Notes: generated by a model not told the origin, from the letters alone. Shown: positions 51,052-61,327, counted from the stretch's first letter. The stretch is DNA of 64,000 nt from Verrucomicrobiota bacterium (GCA_039818205.1 JBCBUK010000004.1:168302-232301), one strand, 5' to 3'. A program made the numbers and translations.

Positions 51052-52572
51052 ATGGCGATTACCGGAAAAGTCTATTTGGTCGGCGCGGGTCCTGGCGATC
51101 CAGGTCTGGTTACTTTGCGAGCCAAAGAACTCATTTCTCAATGCGACTCCTTGGTCTACGATTACTTGGCGAGCCCCGAATTGCACAAGTGGACGAAGAT
51201 CGGTTGCGAGAAAATCTGCGTTGGTAAGCGGCAAGGCTTTCACTCGATCCCGCAAGAAGAGATTGAGCAGATCCTGGTCGACCGAGCAAAGCGTGGCGAG
51301 ATGGTTGTGCGACTCAAAGGAGGCGACCCATTTATCTTTGGTCGTGGCGGAGAAGAGGCCGAGACCCTCATGAAGGACGACATCCCGTTTGAGATCGTGC
51401 CAGCGGTCACGGCGGCTTTGGCATCGGCAGCTTATGCGGGAATCCCGCTCACCCATCGCGACTACAGTTCGTCGGTGTGCTTCCTTACTGGCCACGAAGA
51501 TCCGGAGAAGCACGAGGTGCAGATCGACTTTGCGCAGTTTGCCAAGACCAATGGCACGCTTTGCATTTATATGGGAATGGGCCACCTAGGCGATATCACG
51601 ACGCGTTTGATCGAGTCGGGCCTGGCGGCAGAAACTCCAGTGGGAATTGTGCAATGGGCAACGACCCCGCGACAGAAGAGCCTTCTAACCAGCCTTGAGA
51701 ATGCGGTTGCTGACAAGGATGCTGCGGGTTTGTCATCTCCGGCGGTGGTCATTATCGGTAAGGTTGCTCCGTTGATGGAGCGCATTGGCTGGTATGAGAA
51801 GCGTCCGCTTTTCCGTAAGCGAATCGTGGTAACCCGAAGTCGCGATCAGGCCAGTGAACTCGCTGCAGCGCTGAACTTGCTGGGAGCCGAAGTTTTGGAG
51901 TTGCCGTTGATCGAAGTAACCGAGGATGAGAAATCGACCGGTGAAGACATCTGGCCTTCGATGGGTTCCTATCAGTGGGTCTTTTTTACGAGCCCCAATG
52001 GTGTAAAATATTTTTTCGAGAAGTTTCATCGGCAGTTTAATGATCTGCGCTACTTTGGCGGAATGCGGATCGCCTGCGTTGGCGAGGCAACTGCGAGCGC
52101 GGTTCGTGAACAACGCTTGGCAGTGGATGTGGTTCCGGATGAATCGATCGCCGAGGCCTTGGCGGACGCCGTGTTGGAAGAAGAGAATCTCGAGCATCAA
52201 ACGGTCCTGGTCGTAACTGGAAATCGCAACCGTGATGTACTCGTCGAAAAATTGGAAGAGGGCCGGGCGATCGTTGATACCTTCCCGGTGTATCGAACCG
52301 AGCTGACTGATCTCAGTGATCATCCAGCCGCTGTCCGTTTTCGCGAGGTCGGAGCTGACGCCATCACGTTTGCCAGCTCGAGTGCGGCCGACAGTTTTGT
52401 CCGCCAAGCGAAGAACTTGCAACCATCCGCGGAGGCAACTCGTCCCAAATGTGTGGCGATTGGACCAAAGACCTCTGCTACGATGCGCGAGTTTGGCCTC
52501 CCCGTGGACCGTACTGCAAAGGATGCGTCGATCGAAGGATTAGTGGCCGCCGTGCGCGCACTGTGGGAATAG
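51052..52572 (+). CDS. cobA: fused uroporphyrinogen-III C-methyltransferase / uroporphyrinogen-III synthase (CobA-HemD)
   Basis: LVGAGPGDPGL and RLKGGDPFIFGRGGEE, then VVTRSRDQ, FTSPNGV and IGPKTS. Confidence 0.94.
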   Translation: MAITGKVYLVGAGPGDPGLVTLRAKELISQCDSLVYDYLASPELHKWTKIGCEKICVGKRQGFHSIPQEEIEQILVDRAKRGEMVVRLKGGDPFIFGRGGEEAETLMKDDIPFEIVPAVTAALASAAYAGIPLTHRDYSSSVCFLTGHEDPEKHEVQIDFAQFAKTNGTLCIYMGMGHLGDITTRLIESGLAAETPVGIVQWATTPRQKSLLTSLENAVADKDAAGLSSPAVVIIGKVAPLMERIGWYEKRPLFRKRIVVTRSRDQASELAAALNLLGAEVLELPLIEVTEDEKSTGEDIWPSMGSYQWVFFTSPNGVKYFFEKFHRQFNDLRYFGGMRIACVGEATASAVREQRLAVDVVPDESIAEALADAVLEEENLEHQTVLVVTGNRNRDVLVEKLEEGRAIVDTFPVYRTELTDLSDHPAAVRFREVGADAITFASSSAADSFVRQAKNLQPSAEATRPKCVAIGPKTSATMREFGLPVDRTAKDASIEGLVAAVRALWE

Positions 52573-52610
52573 CCTTGACCCTGAGCCTCAGCCTGCTGGT
52601 TTCAAGTTTG

Positions 52611-53456
52611 ATGATTACCTTCGCCCAATCGATGCAGCAGCACTCAGGCACCGGACAGTTTCGGATCTGGAGTATTTTGGTTTTTCTGTTGGCCCTGGTG
52701 GCTGGCATGTCTGGTTGCGAGAGCACCGGTGGTAGTGGTAACAGTAGCTCTGGTTCTTCGTCGGTTATTGGCCCAGACCCTGCCGTTTTGCGTGTGGGAG
52801 TAACGGCTAATATGCCGCCGTTTGTCTTTCGCCAAAATGGTGAGCTCGTTGGTCTCGAGGTGGATTTTGCCAAGCAGCTGGCCACGGACATGGGGCGCGA
52901 AGTTCACTTTGTTGATATGGGCTTTGAACGCCTCCTGCCGGCATTGCAAAACAACGACGTCGACATCGTCATGGCCGGGATGAATTACACGCCTGAGCGG
53001 GCGGCCATCATCTCTATGACCCAGCCGTATTTGCGCAGTGGGCAGATGGCTCTTGTTTTGCGCAAGAATGCTTCAAAATATGCGCTACCCGGTTTGATCG
53101 GAAACTCACGGGATAAGGTCGGCGCTGAAGCGGGTACGACGGGCGAGTTCTTAGTCCAGTCCAGTTTTCCAAATGCACAGCTTAAGACTTATTCTTCCGC
53201 AGAAGATGGTGCGATGGCTGTGGCTGATGGTGACGTCGATATCTTAATCCATGATGCACCAACGATTTATTGGCTCGCGGGTACTTATCAAAACCGAGGA
53301 GTCACGCCAGCGCGTCCGGTACTAACCGAAGACTTGATGGTATGGGGAATCCGTCGCGATAATGATCAGCTATTGAACAGTGTAAACGGCTTGGTTACCG
53401 AGTGGTCACGCAATGGCACCTTGGACCGTATTGCTGGTCGCTGGATTTCCTTCTAG
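52611..53456 (+). CDS. amino-acid-type (family 3) substrate-binding lipoprotein, orphan
   Basis: Lipobox MSGC; LRVGVTANMPPF, GLEVDFAKQLA and MNYTPER motifs; start could be 52632. Confidence 0.88.
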   Translation: MITFAQSMQQHSGTGQFRIWSILVFLLALVAGMSGCESTGGSGNSSSGSSSVIGPDPAVLRVGVTANMPPFVFRQNGELVGLEVDFAKQLATDMGREVHFVDMGFERLLPALQNNDVDIVMAGMNYTPERAAIISMTQPYLRSGQMALVLRKNASKYALPGLIGNSRDKVGAEAGTTGEFLVQSSFPNAQLKTYSSAEDGAMAVADGDVDILIHDAPTIYWLAGTYQNRGVTPARPVLTEDLMVWGIRRDNDQLLNSVNGLVTEWSRNGTLDRIAGRWISF

Positions 53457-53497
53457 ATGGCCTAGGGCTATGTTCCTATAAGGCGGCGGAACATCGT

Positions 53498-53647
53498 TCA
53501 TTCGCCCGCGGTCAGGATTAGGTAAATGTTAAATATGACGATGAAAAACACGATCGTTACAGCGACCGCTTTCATTGACCAAGGTTTCTTCTGAGTTGGT
53601 TCAGAAGCTGCTTCTTGGGTTTGGTGATTGGTTCGTTTTTCGTTCAC
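53498..53647 (-). CDS. small single-TM protein (49 aa; 25 aa if ATG 53575 is used)
   Basis: Below the ORF-track cut-off: GTG 53647 MNEKRTNHQTQEAASEPTQKKPWSMKAVAVTIVFFIVIFNIYLILTAGE*. Confidence 0.6.
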   Translation of the reverse strand: MNEKRTNHQTQEAASEPTQKKPWSMKAVAVTIVFFIVIFNIYLILTAGE

Positions 53648-53743
53648 GGTCCCTAGATCAGAGATCGGGAATATCACTCAAGTCGAGTGTTTTTCTTTAT
53701 CTTTGATATTATTTTCAATAAGCCATTCTGGATTACCCCCCCA

Positions 53744-56467
53744 ATGAGCAGTTCGACCCCTGACTTAACGTCAAATTTAGCACAAGTGATGCCCTGGCCG
53801 TATGCAGTTTGCAACCGGTCCGGGCAGATTCTGTCCTGCAATGAAGCCTTTAGTCAGATGGTTGGTAAGAAAATATCGGCCGATCTTTCCAATCAGCTGA
53901 GCAAATACCTAAAGCCGGTGCGTAAGGGGAAGTCGCTGGAAGAATTATTACTCAGGATTAATCGGGATGCCTGGCATGGTAAGCTGAGCCTGAATAGCCG
54001 TGACGCGGGTGCAGTCGTTGAGGTCTTGATGCAAGAAGACCCTGATATACCGGAGAATCTGTGGCTCATTGTAATGGAGAATCCCGTCGTTAACGGGCAG
54101 ATGATTCTCAATCCGAGAAGTGAGCTTCGCCTGTTGCAGATCCTCATGGACCATACGCTCGACTACGTATACTTTACGGATATCCATGGCCATTTTGTCA
54201 TTACCAATCGAGCATTTCAGCGTGCCTTAGAGAGCCCATATCCAGGACACGAAGTCGGTAAATCGATGTCGGATTTTGTGACCCGGGAAACCGCACGCTG
54301 GGTTTCGGAATCTGATCAGGAAGTCTTGAGTTCGCTTCGGCCAATCGTGAATCACGTTGGCTTGTTTCAGGTGCGTAATGGTGGTGCGCATTGGCTGCAA
54401 ACAACGAAGATGCCCGTATTCGACCACAACCGTAGTTGCATTGGTCTAGTCTCCGTGAGTCGCGATATTTCCGAGGCACGCCAGACAGAAAATCGATTGA
54501 GGGAAGCGATTCGTCGGGCTGAGCAGGCGAACCGGGCAAAAGGTGAATTCCTCGCGAACATGAGCCACGAGATTCGCACACCGATCAATGGTATCATTGG
54601 GATGAGTGAACTTTGTTTAGAGAGTGAATTGGCTCCCGACCAAGAGCGCTACCTTCAAACGGTTTTGAGCTGCAGCAACACCTTGCTTGCGCTTGTGAAC
54701 GACATTCTTGACTTTTCTAAAATTGAAGCCGGGCAGCTAGATTTGGAACGGATTGATTTTGATATCCGGGAGGCAATTGAAGATTCCGTCGACCAGTTTG
54801 TGACCATTGCGCGTGACCGCGGCTTGGAGCTCGCGGTTAAGATTGATCCATCCTTGCCATCGATTGCCTCGGGCGATCCGATTCGTTTTCGCCAGGTGCT
54901 TAACAATCTCCTAAGCAATGCCGTAAAGTTTACCGAGGAGGGCGAGGTAATAGTCTCTGTTCGGCAGGTTTCGCAGGAAGGCGATAGCATGCGGATTGAG
55001 ATTGCTGTAAAAGATACCGGAATCGGCATTGAACCAACGAGATTGGAAAATATTTTCGAAACCTTTACGCAGGGCGATTCTTCGACCACGCGCAAATATG
55101 GTGGAACCGGCCTTGGCCTTTCGATCTGCCGAAAGCTCGCCCGGATGATGGGTGGCGATGTGCGGGTCGAAAGCGAACTCGGAAAAGGGGCCATCTTTAC
55201 GGTGGAGCTCGAGATCGACAGTGTTAGCACGGAGACAGAACACGCCATGCTCAGCATGGAGGCACTACAGAATTGCCGTGTCTTGATTGTGGATGACAAT
55301 CTGACCAATCGCCAGATACTCGATGAGGTCTGCCGCCATTGGGGGATGGATCCAGTTACTTGTGATGACGGTGTTCGCGCGATCGAAAAAATCGAACGTG
55401 CCGCCGAGAATGGAAACCCCTTTGGCCTGTTGTTATTGGATCAACAGATGCCCGGCTTGAGCGGTACTGATATCGCTTCCTTGGTGGCTAGCCGCGATCA
55501 TTTGGAGAATACTCGAATGATCATTCTTACGTCGGCGATCACCCGGGAAGAGCGCCAGCGGGGTAAGAAGATGGGCATTGGCCGTTTCCTCACCAAGCCG
55601 GTCAAACAGAACGATCTGCGGGAAGCGATTTTGGCAGTATTCAACATCACGTCCGATCTGGTTATGCACTCGCCATCGGCACCAGCCGCATTGAAGCCAG
55701 CCCTGTTGGACGGTAGCGAGTTGCCTGCTTTACGGATTCTACTGGTTGAGGACAATCCAATCAACCAGGAGGTCGCGATGCAGCGCCTCAATAAGTTGGG
55801 GCACGATGTCGAGCTAGCCAACGACGGGTTTGAAGCCGTTGAATTATTCCAGGCGCTGGAGTTCGATTTGATCCTGATGGATGTGCAAATGCCTCGCCTT
55901 GATGGTTTGGGCGCAACGCGGCGTATACGCGAAATCGAGAATCGGCTAGATCGCCGAACACCGATCATTGCGATGACCGCGCGCGCGATGCGCGGTGATG
56001 AACAGGTATGTCTTGATGCGGGCATGGATGGGTATCTCACGAAGCCATTTCGGGCCGAGAAAATGCGTAAGGTCCTCAACGAGGTGATTAACACCGAACC
56101 CGAGTCCCAACCGATGTCAGTCGCAGGCCCGAACTATGATCCTCGATCGGTTGCCGATGGATTATCGGAGGAAGATCGCGAAGACATGGAGCTTGCTGCG
56201 AGGATGTTCCGCAAGAATTGGACGGAAGAATTTGCTCCGCTTCAGAAACTTGCGGATCGCAATGACTTTGAACCGATTGCCCAGTTTGCCCACGCACTGA
56301 AGGGAACAGCTGGGCTCCTCCGTGCGATTCGCCTTGGGCAGGCCGCCGCGTGTTTAGAAGAAGGTGCGAAGCGCCACGATTCGAGCGAGTTACCCACCTT
56401 GCTCAATCAGATTGAGCTCGAAGCGCAGCAAATTTGCCTCTCCCTGGAGAATTTTGGAAACTCCTAA
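53744..56467 (+). CDS. cytoplasmic hybrid sensor kinase (PAS-PAS-HisKA-HATPase-REC-REC-Hpt)
   Basis: FLANMSHEIRTPINGI, NLLSNAVKFT, GGTGLGLSI, two receiver domains (LLDQQMP, LMDVQMP) and AHALKG. Confidence 0.95.
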   Translation: MSSSTPDLTSNLAQVMPWPYAVCNRSGQILSCNEAFSQMVGKKISADLSNQLSKYLKPVRKGKSLEELLLRINRDAWHGKLSLNSRDAGAVVEVLMQEDPDIPENLWLIVMENPVVNGQMILNPRSELRLLQILMDHTLDYVYFTDIHGHFVITNRAFQRALESPYPGHEVGKSMSDFVTRETARWVSESDQEVLSSLRPIVNHVGLFQVRNGGAHWLQTTKMPVFDHNRSCIGLVSVSRDISEARQTENRLREAIRRAEQANRAKGEFLANMSHEIRTPINGIIGMSELCLESELAPDQERYLQTVLSCSNTLLALVNDILDFSKIEAGQLDLERIDFDIREAIEDSVDQFVTIARDRGLELAVKIDPSLPSIASGDPIRFRQVLNNLLSNAVKFTEEGEVIVSVRQVSQEGDSMRIEIAVKDTGIGIEPTRLENIFETFTQGDSSTTRKYGGTGLGLSICRKLARMMGGDVRVESELGKGAIFTVELEIDSVSTETEHAMLSMEALQNCRVLIVDDNLTNRQILDEVCRHWGMDPVTCDDGVRAIEKIERAAENGNPFGLLLLDQQMPGLSGTDIASLVASRDHLENTRMIILTSAITREERQRGKKMGIGRFLTKPVKQNDLREAILAVFNITSDLVMHSPSAPAALKPALLDGSELPALRILLVEDNPINQEVAMQRLNKLGHDVELANDGFEAVELFQALEFDLILMDVQMPRLDGLGATRRIREIENRLDRRTPIIAMTARAMRGDEQVCLDAGMDGYLTKPFRAEKMRKVLNEVINTEPESQPMSVAGPNYDPRSVADGLSEEDREDMELAARMFRKNWTEEFAPLQKLADRNDFEPIAQFAHALKGTAGLLRAIRLGQAAACLEEGAKRHDSSELPTLLNQIELEAQQICLSLENFGNS

Positions 56468-56547
56468 AGATCTTGCATTGCGTTGCATAATCAACCGGGA
56501 TGTGGCATAGGAATAGTTTGTTGTTAGTGTGCTATTAAGATTTTTTT

Positions 56548-56832
56548 ATGGGTACGAATCCGCAGGTTGAACCGGATACTAAAACCTCAGTTGCTACTGA
56601 GCCTCCTTGGAGTGTGATTGTACTCAATGATCCCGTGAACTTGATGAGTTATGTCGTCTTGGTCTTTCGGCGCGTTTTTGGTTTCGATGAGGACAAAGCA
56701 CGCAAACACATGATGGAAGTTCACCAGTTGGGTCGCTCTGTCGTGTGGGCCGGAGACCGCGAAGAAGCAGAAGCTTACGTTCATGAGTTGCAGAAATGGC
56801 AACTTAATGCACTGATGGAGCGTGATGCCTGA
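56548..56832 (+). CDS. clpS: ATP-dependent Clp protease adaptor
   Basis: VIVLNDPVNLMSYV and MMEVHQLGRSVV motifs. Confidence 0.92.
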   Translation: MGTNPQVEPDTKTSVATEPPWSVIVLNDPVNLMSYVVLVFRRVFGFDEDKARKHMMEVHQLGRSVVWAGDREEAEAYVHELQKWQLNALMERDA

Positions 56833-57295
56833 AATCGATTTCAGACTTAGCCCCTTTTTCTTACAGGCCTTGAAAGACGTTCTTGAGCCCGTAAGCAAGT
56901 CGCTGCGCCTACAGGTCGCGATCAAGCTGCGCGCGACACCGGACGATGATGAACTCCTCGAAGAGGCTTGGCGTGATAGCCTGCTTGAGCACCTTAACGA
57001 AGACCTGGCCGAGTTGTTACAGTTGCTAGAGGAATTAAGTGGTGAGTCCGTGTTGCGGATTTCCGATGGGCAAGCAGAGAGCTTGTTGCGAGCCGCGTCT
57101 GCGATTCGTCTTAAAATTCGAGAAGTATTTCTCAGCGAACTTTCCGAGTATGATCTCGAGCAAGGATCGATCAATGTGGCCAAACTTCGTCCCGAACAGC
57201 ACAAACCTTATGCCTGTTTTGGGTTCCTTGCCAGCTTTCAAGAGCGTCTTGTCGTGCAGCTCATGCCCGATTTCTACGATGACGAATCCATTTAG
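56822..57295 (+). CDS. hypothetical protein, DUF2017-like clpS partner
   Basis: Overlaps the clpS end; ...LRAASAIRL...Y..FGFLASFQERLV pattern. Confidence 0.65.
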   Translation: MMPEIDFRLSPFFLQALKDVLEPVSKSLRLQVAIKLRATPDDDELLEEAWRDSLLEHLNEDLAELLQLLEELSGESVLRISDGQAESLLRAASAIRLKIREVFLSELSEYDLEQGSINVAKLRPEQHKPYACFGFLASFQERLVVQLMPDFYDDESI

Positions 57296-57306
57296 TCACC
57301 GGCGCG

Positions 57307-57639
57307 TTAACCAACGTTCTGAGCGGCTTCTATCGCCCTCGTAGGTTGGTTCTGTTGTCGAGTCTTGCCTGTTTCAAAGGGCCAGTATCCCTTCTCGCTC
57401 AACTTGACGACGATTGCAGGGCCCAGGTCACGGTTCCTGCGCAACCAGCGTAACTTGCGTTCTGCCTGGGCAAGGCTTTCGAACTCGGCGGCGAATGTTG
57501 AATCGTCAACCAAGGTTAAATAGTTTTGGTGAAGTCCTTGTCGATGGGAACGTAGTGTAAGCATCTGAACGAACTTACCGTCAGTCCGTTGTATCGCATA
57601 CCGTATCCTCCCACAAACACTAGTATGATTACTCTCCAT
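57307..57639 (-). CDS. hypothetical 110-aa protein
   Basis: ATG-started ORF with a TTGCGT-17-TTATAT element upstream. Confidence 0.55.
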   Translation of the reverse strand: MESNHTSVCGRIRYAIQRTDGKFVQMLTLRSHRQGLHQNYLTLVDDSTFAAEFESLAQAERKLRWLRRNRDLGPAIVVKLSEKGYWPFETGKTRQQNQPTRAIEAAQNVG

Positions 57640-57979
57640 GGTTGAGGTATATAATCGCTAAAGCCTCAAGGACGCAAATTGCTCAAACCACAAATATTGA
57701 GGGATGCTTCCGTGTAAGGAATATCAATTAGGCGATCGGCCGGAACAAGGTAATAGAGTTGCCCGCCGTTGACAGTATTCGCCAACCACTGTCAATGGCA
57801 TCTTGCAAAGAGCGTATACCATCGTCCAATGAAACGGTCCGATACTCGGCAGGAAAACGACTCGCGGATGGCTTGCTCATCGACGCGGACGATAGCATCG
57901 AAACTTAAACGAAAACAAATGAGCAAAACCCTACATATTGAGGGTTCCAAACCGGCGCGACTTAACCGACCGCAAAGTC

Positions 57980-59161
57980 TTAGCTAATGACTTTGAAAAA
58001 CTTACGTTTGCCGGCCTGGATTACGGTTTCTGAAGCCGGCTTATCAAGTGCCTTAGTCGTATCGTTGATTGGTTGGTTGTCGACCTTTACCGCACCTTGT
58101 TCAATGAGGCGTCGAATCTCTTTCTTGCTTGGGAAGAGCTCCGTCGCTGCCATGAGGTTGATTAAGCCACATTGATTCTCGCCGTTGGCCAATTGGCTCC
58201 ACTGAAATTCGGGCATGTCGTCGGGCCGCTCTTTTTTGGCAAATACCTGCTCGAACTGTTCGAGTTCATACTTTGCATCTTGAAGCGAGTAGAACATCGC
58301 AACGAGGGATGACGCCAAATGCTTTTTCGCAACCATGGGATGGTCGCTCTTGTGGTGCTCAATGCGTTCCTCGTCGAGTTCCAAGAGGAGTCGGTAGTAG
58401 TCCCACATGGTCTCATCCGGAATCGACATGATCTTGCCAAACATTTCCTTGGGCGAGTGATTGAAAGAGATGTAGTTGTCCGCGCTCTTGGACATCTTTT
58501 TGGAGCCATCCAATCCAACCAACAAGGGCATGGTGATGACTGCTTGTTCGGGCTGGCCCGCTTCCTTTTGGAGCTGACGCCCAACAAGCATATTGAAGAG
58601 CTGGTCCGTGCCGCCCAGCTCGACGTCGGATTCCAACATGATGGAATCGTAACCCTGAACGAGCGGGTAGAGGAATTCGACGATCGAAATCGGTTTGTTC
58701 CCGGCGTAGCGCTTTGAGAAGTCATCGCGCTCGAGCATTCGGGCAACGGTCATTTGACGGGCTAGGTTTAGCGCGTCTCCAAAATTCATCTTATTGAACC
58801 ATTCGCTATTGTAGCGGACGAGCGTGCGCTCTTCGTCGAGGATTTTAAACGCTTGGTCGAGGTAAGTCTCAGCATTGGCTTGCACCTCCTCCGGTGTCAG
58901 GACTGGGCGTGTATCCGAACGGCCACTCGGGTCACCAATCGTGGCGGTGTAATCGCCGATCAAGAGAATGCAGTCGTGGCCCATATCCTGGAACTGCTTC
59001 ATCTTGTTGAAGACAACCAGATGCCCAAATGTCAGGTCCGGGCGGGTTGGGTCAACGCCTAGTTTGACGCGCAGTTTTTTGCCTTTGCGGATGCGATCCA
59101 TCAGCTGGTCAGCGCCAATGATAGTGTCCGTGTTTTGCTTGAAGATATCGAGTCGGCTCAT
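57980..59161 (-). CDS. tyrS: tyrosine--tRNA ligase
   Basis: KLGVDPTRPDLTFGH, ELGGTDQLFN, KMSKS and C-terminal S4 domain. Confidence 0.97.
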   Translation of the reverse strand: MSRLDIFKQNTDTIIGADQLMDRIRKGKKLRVKLGVDPTRPDLTFGHLVVFNKMKQFQDMGHDCILLIGDYTATIGDPSGRSDTRPVLTPEEVQANAETYLDQAFKILDEERTLVRYNSEWFNKMNFGDALNLARQMTVARMLERDDFSKRYAGNKPISIVEFLYPLVQGYDSIMLESDVELGGTDQLFNMLVGRQLQKEAGQPEQAVITMPLLVGLDGSKKMSKSADNYISFNHSPKEMFGKIMSIPDETMWDYYRLLLELDEERIEHHKSDHPMVAKKHLASSLVAMFYSLQDAKYELEQFEQVFAKKERPDDMPEFQWSQLANGENQCGLINLMAATELFPSKKEIRRLIEQGAVKVDNQPINDTTKALDKPASETVIQAGKRKFFKVIS

Positions 59162-59239
59162 GGGAGGTCTCAGGGAAAAGCGGATTAAAGCCGCTTTCCG
59201 GGGTGGGGGACAAGGGGAAAGTTACCTGTTTGCGCGGAC

Positions 59240-59271
59240 AAAAAACGCCGCCTCGATTTGAAGGCAGCGTT
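59240..59271 (-). terminator. terminator T1 of the PEP-CTERM array
   Basis: AACGCTGCCTT-CAAATC-GAGGCGGCGTT-TTTTG. Confidence 0.85.
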
Positions 59272-59294
59272 ACGGTAAACTGATACGCTTAATC

Positions 59295-59870
59295 TCATTC
59301 AGCCTTGGCTTGCTTCCGCCGTCGCAAAATCATCAGCCCTAAGCCAAGTGCTCCGGCAATCGCAATATACATGGATGGTTCTGGAACGGCGGTGGCAACA
59401 ATGTTCAATGTGACCGAATCACTCGGAAGATTGTAGACGTAGTTGCCAGGAACGATCCCGAGACTTGCGAATGTTCCCCCAAAGGTCGTCGTGAAAGAAA
59501 GAGGGATAAAGGACGTGTAACCTTGGGGAACTCCAATGGCAATCGTGCTGACTCCAAAAGAATCACCCGTAGGTACGCCCGCAACGTTCGCGACGCCGGC
59601 TCCAAATGCGCCGGTTGAGGAAATGACGTTGTAGCTGTCTAGCGGAGAAAATCCGGCACCCCCGAGATCGGTTGAATAAGCGCCTATATTGGGCGTGATC
59701 GCACCTGGTGCCCCAGAGAAACCAACAAAGGGGGCACCTGTGCCGGTTAGATCGAGGTCTCCGGATCCGGAAAAGACAACCGTTCCCCCAACTTCTGTTG
59801 CGTTGATTACAATGGCGGCGTTGGCCGATGTCATTGCCGCAAAACCGAAAACAAGTAGTTGTAGCTTCAT
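59295..59870 (-). CDS. PEP-CTERM protein, array paralog 1
   Basis: AIVINATEVGGTVVFSGSGDLDL...LPSDSVTL...VPEPS-TM-RRRK. Confidence 0.93.
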   Translation of the reverse strand: MKLQLLVFGFAAMTSANAAIVINATEVGGTVVFSGSGDLDLTGTGAPFVGFSGAPGAITPNIGAYSTDLGGAGFSPLDSYNVISSTGAFGAGVANVAGVPTGDSFGVSTIAIGVPQGYTSFIPLSFTTTFGGTFASLGIVPGNYVYNLPSDSVTLNIVATAVPEPSMYIAIAGALGLGLMILRRRKQAKAE

Positions 59871-59917
59871 GTTCGGTATTGTCGGGGATGGCCTCCTCGC
59901 AGGCAAACGCTTAGTTG

Positions 59918-60487
59918 CTACTTTCGAATGGTCGATATTCGGCGTTTGACGGTAAAACCGAATATGGCGATGCCGACCAGCGCCGCGTACATCGATGGCT
60001 CGGGAACTGCGGGAACGTTCAGCGTGACAGAGTCGCTCGGGAGGTTCCAGGTGTAGACGCCGGGAGTGATTCCAAGATCTTCAATCGTAGATCCAGAGAA
60101 CGTCGCGGTAAAGACAATCGCATCATTGGACGAGTAACCTTGAATCACGGCAACACCGCTACTTGTTAGGCCAAAAGCGTCGCCAGTTACATTATTTGTG
60201 GTCGTTAGGCCACCGGAACCAGTCGGAGCGTTGGAGGTTGCAGAGTAGACATCGAGGGTGCTGGGCGATCCTACGGCGTCGGCTCCAAAATTGCCAAGAT
60301 TGGGCTCAACGATGCCGGGAGCGCCCAGTACGCCGCTTATTGGGGGCGTTGTCCCGGTAAGATCCAAACTGCCCGAGCCCGAGAAAACCGTGTCGCCGTT
60401 TACTTGGCTGACGTTAATGATGACAATGCCTTGGGCGGATCCAAATGAAAAGACAGTCGCAACTAGTAGAAACAAGGGAAACCTCAT
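59918..60487 (-). CDS. PEP-CTERM protein, array paralog 2
   Basis: IVIINVSQVNGDTVFSGSGSLDL...LPSDSVTL...VPEPS-TM-KRR. Confidence 0.93.
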   Translation of the reverse strand: MRFPLFLLVATVFSFGSAQGIVIINVSQVNGDTVFSGSGSLDLTGTTPPISGVLGAPGIVEPNLGNFGADAVGSPSTLDVYSATSNAPTGSGGLTTTNNVTGDAFGLTSSGVAVIQGYSSNDAIVFTATFSGSTIEDLGITPGVYTWNLPSDSVTLNVPAVPEPSMYAALVGIAIFGFTVKRRISTIRK

Positions 60488-60559
60488 GCTTCAATCCTGA
60501 GCTGCTTTTTCCGTTTTCGCAAGTTGAGTTGCTATGGATTGCTCAAAAAATTGAGGCAC

Positions 60560-60590
60560 AAAAAACGCCGTCTCGAATTGAGACGGCGTT
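60560..60590 (-). terminator. terminator T2 of the PEP-CTERM array
   Basis: AACGCCGTCTC-AATTC-GAGACGGCGTT-TTTTG. Confidence 0.88.
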
Positions 60591-60591
60591 T

Positions 60592-60695
60592 ATGAAAATC
60601 TAGAGCTTGGCCTACTGAGCAGCTTTCGCCTGCTTACGACGGCGATAGAGAACCAAGGCACCCAGGCCGAGGAGACCAGCACCCGCGATGTAGGT
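60592..60695. repeat. 104-bp exact direct repeat, copy 1 (copy 2 at 62017-62120)
   Basis: atgaaaatctagagcttggcctactgagc...acccgcgatgtaggt is identical in both copies. Confidence 0.95.
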
Positions 60696-61199
60696 TGACG
60701 GCTCAGGTACGGTGCTAACTGGGATATTCAGTGTCACCGTGTCGCTGGGGAGTGTCCAGGTGACCGTTCCTGGCGAGTTGATGCCCAGACCGGCAAAGTT
60801 AGTCCCGACATAGGTTGCGGAGAAGTTCAAGGGCGCTCCTGATACGTATGCTGGAGGCAGCCCAACGGAGCTTAGAAAAAGGAGAAACGAATCACCCGTA
60901 GCAATGGCTGTGGGAAAAGAGCCACCAGGCCCAATCGAGCCCACCCTAACCGCGTTGTAGAAGGGGAGAACGGTGGATCCACCACCCGGAAAATCGAATC
61001 CAAGTATATTAGCCGTAGCAATAATCGTCCCTGGTGTTCCTACGTTTCCAGACCCAAACGCAACAGCGCCCGTGAGATCGATCGAACCCGAACCGGTGAA
61101 GACAACATTACCACCGACTTCGGCAGCATTTATAACGACAGCAGCTTGGCTGGTAAGGGCGGATGCTGCGAGGAGAACGGATGCGATAACTACTTTCAT
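60612..61199 (-). CDS. PEP-CTERM protein, array paralog 3
   Basis: AVVINAAEVGGNVVFTGSGSIDL...LPSDTVTL...VPEPSTY-TM-RRRKQAKAAQ. Confidence 0.93.
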   Translation of the reverse strand: MKVVIASVLLAASALTSQAAVVINAAEVGGNVVFTGSGSIDLTGAVAFGSGNVGTPGTIIATANILGFDFPGGGSTVLPFYNAVRVGSIGPGGSFPTAIATGDSFLLFLSSVGLPPAYVSGAPLNFSATYVGTNFAGLGINSPGTVTWTLPSDTVTLNIPVSTVPEPSTYIAGAGLLGLGALVLYRRRKQAKAAQ

Positions 61200-61327
61200 G
61201 GCGACGCAAACCAACTCAGCCAATGAAAGCAGCGCAAGCCTATAGCCTCGAAAACCGACGGAAAAGTATCAAAAAATAATGATTAGCCTTTATCCGCCGC
61301 TGTGGTTGGGTAGCAAAAACAAATAGC

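Noticed and set aside
53493..53505. ATCGTTCATTCG resembling the 5' end of the glnA glutamine riboswitch
   Set aside because: The downstream CGGAAG and GAAGGAACG elements are missing, and the segment is the end of the small minus-strand ORF.
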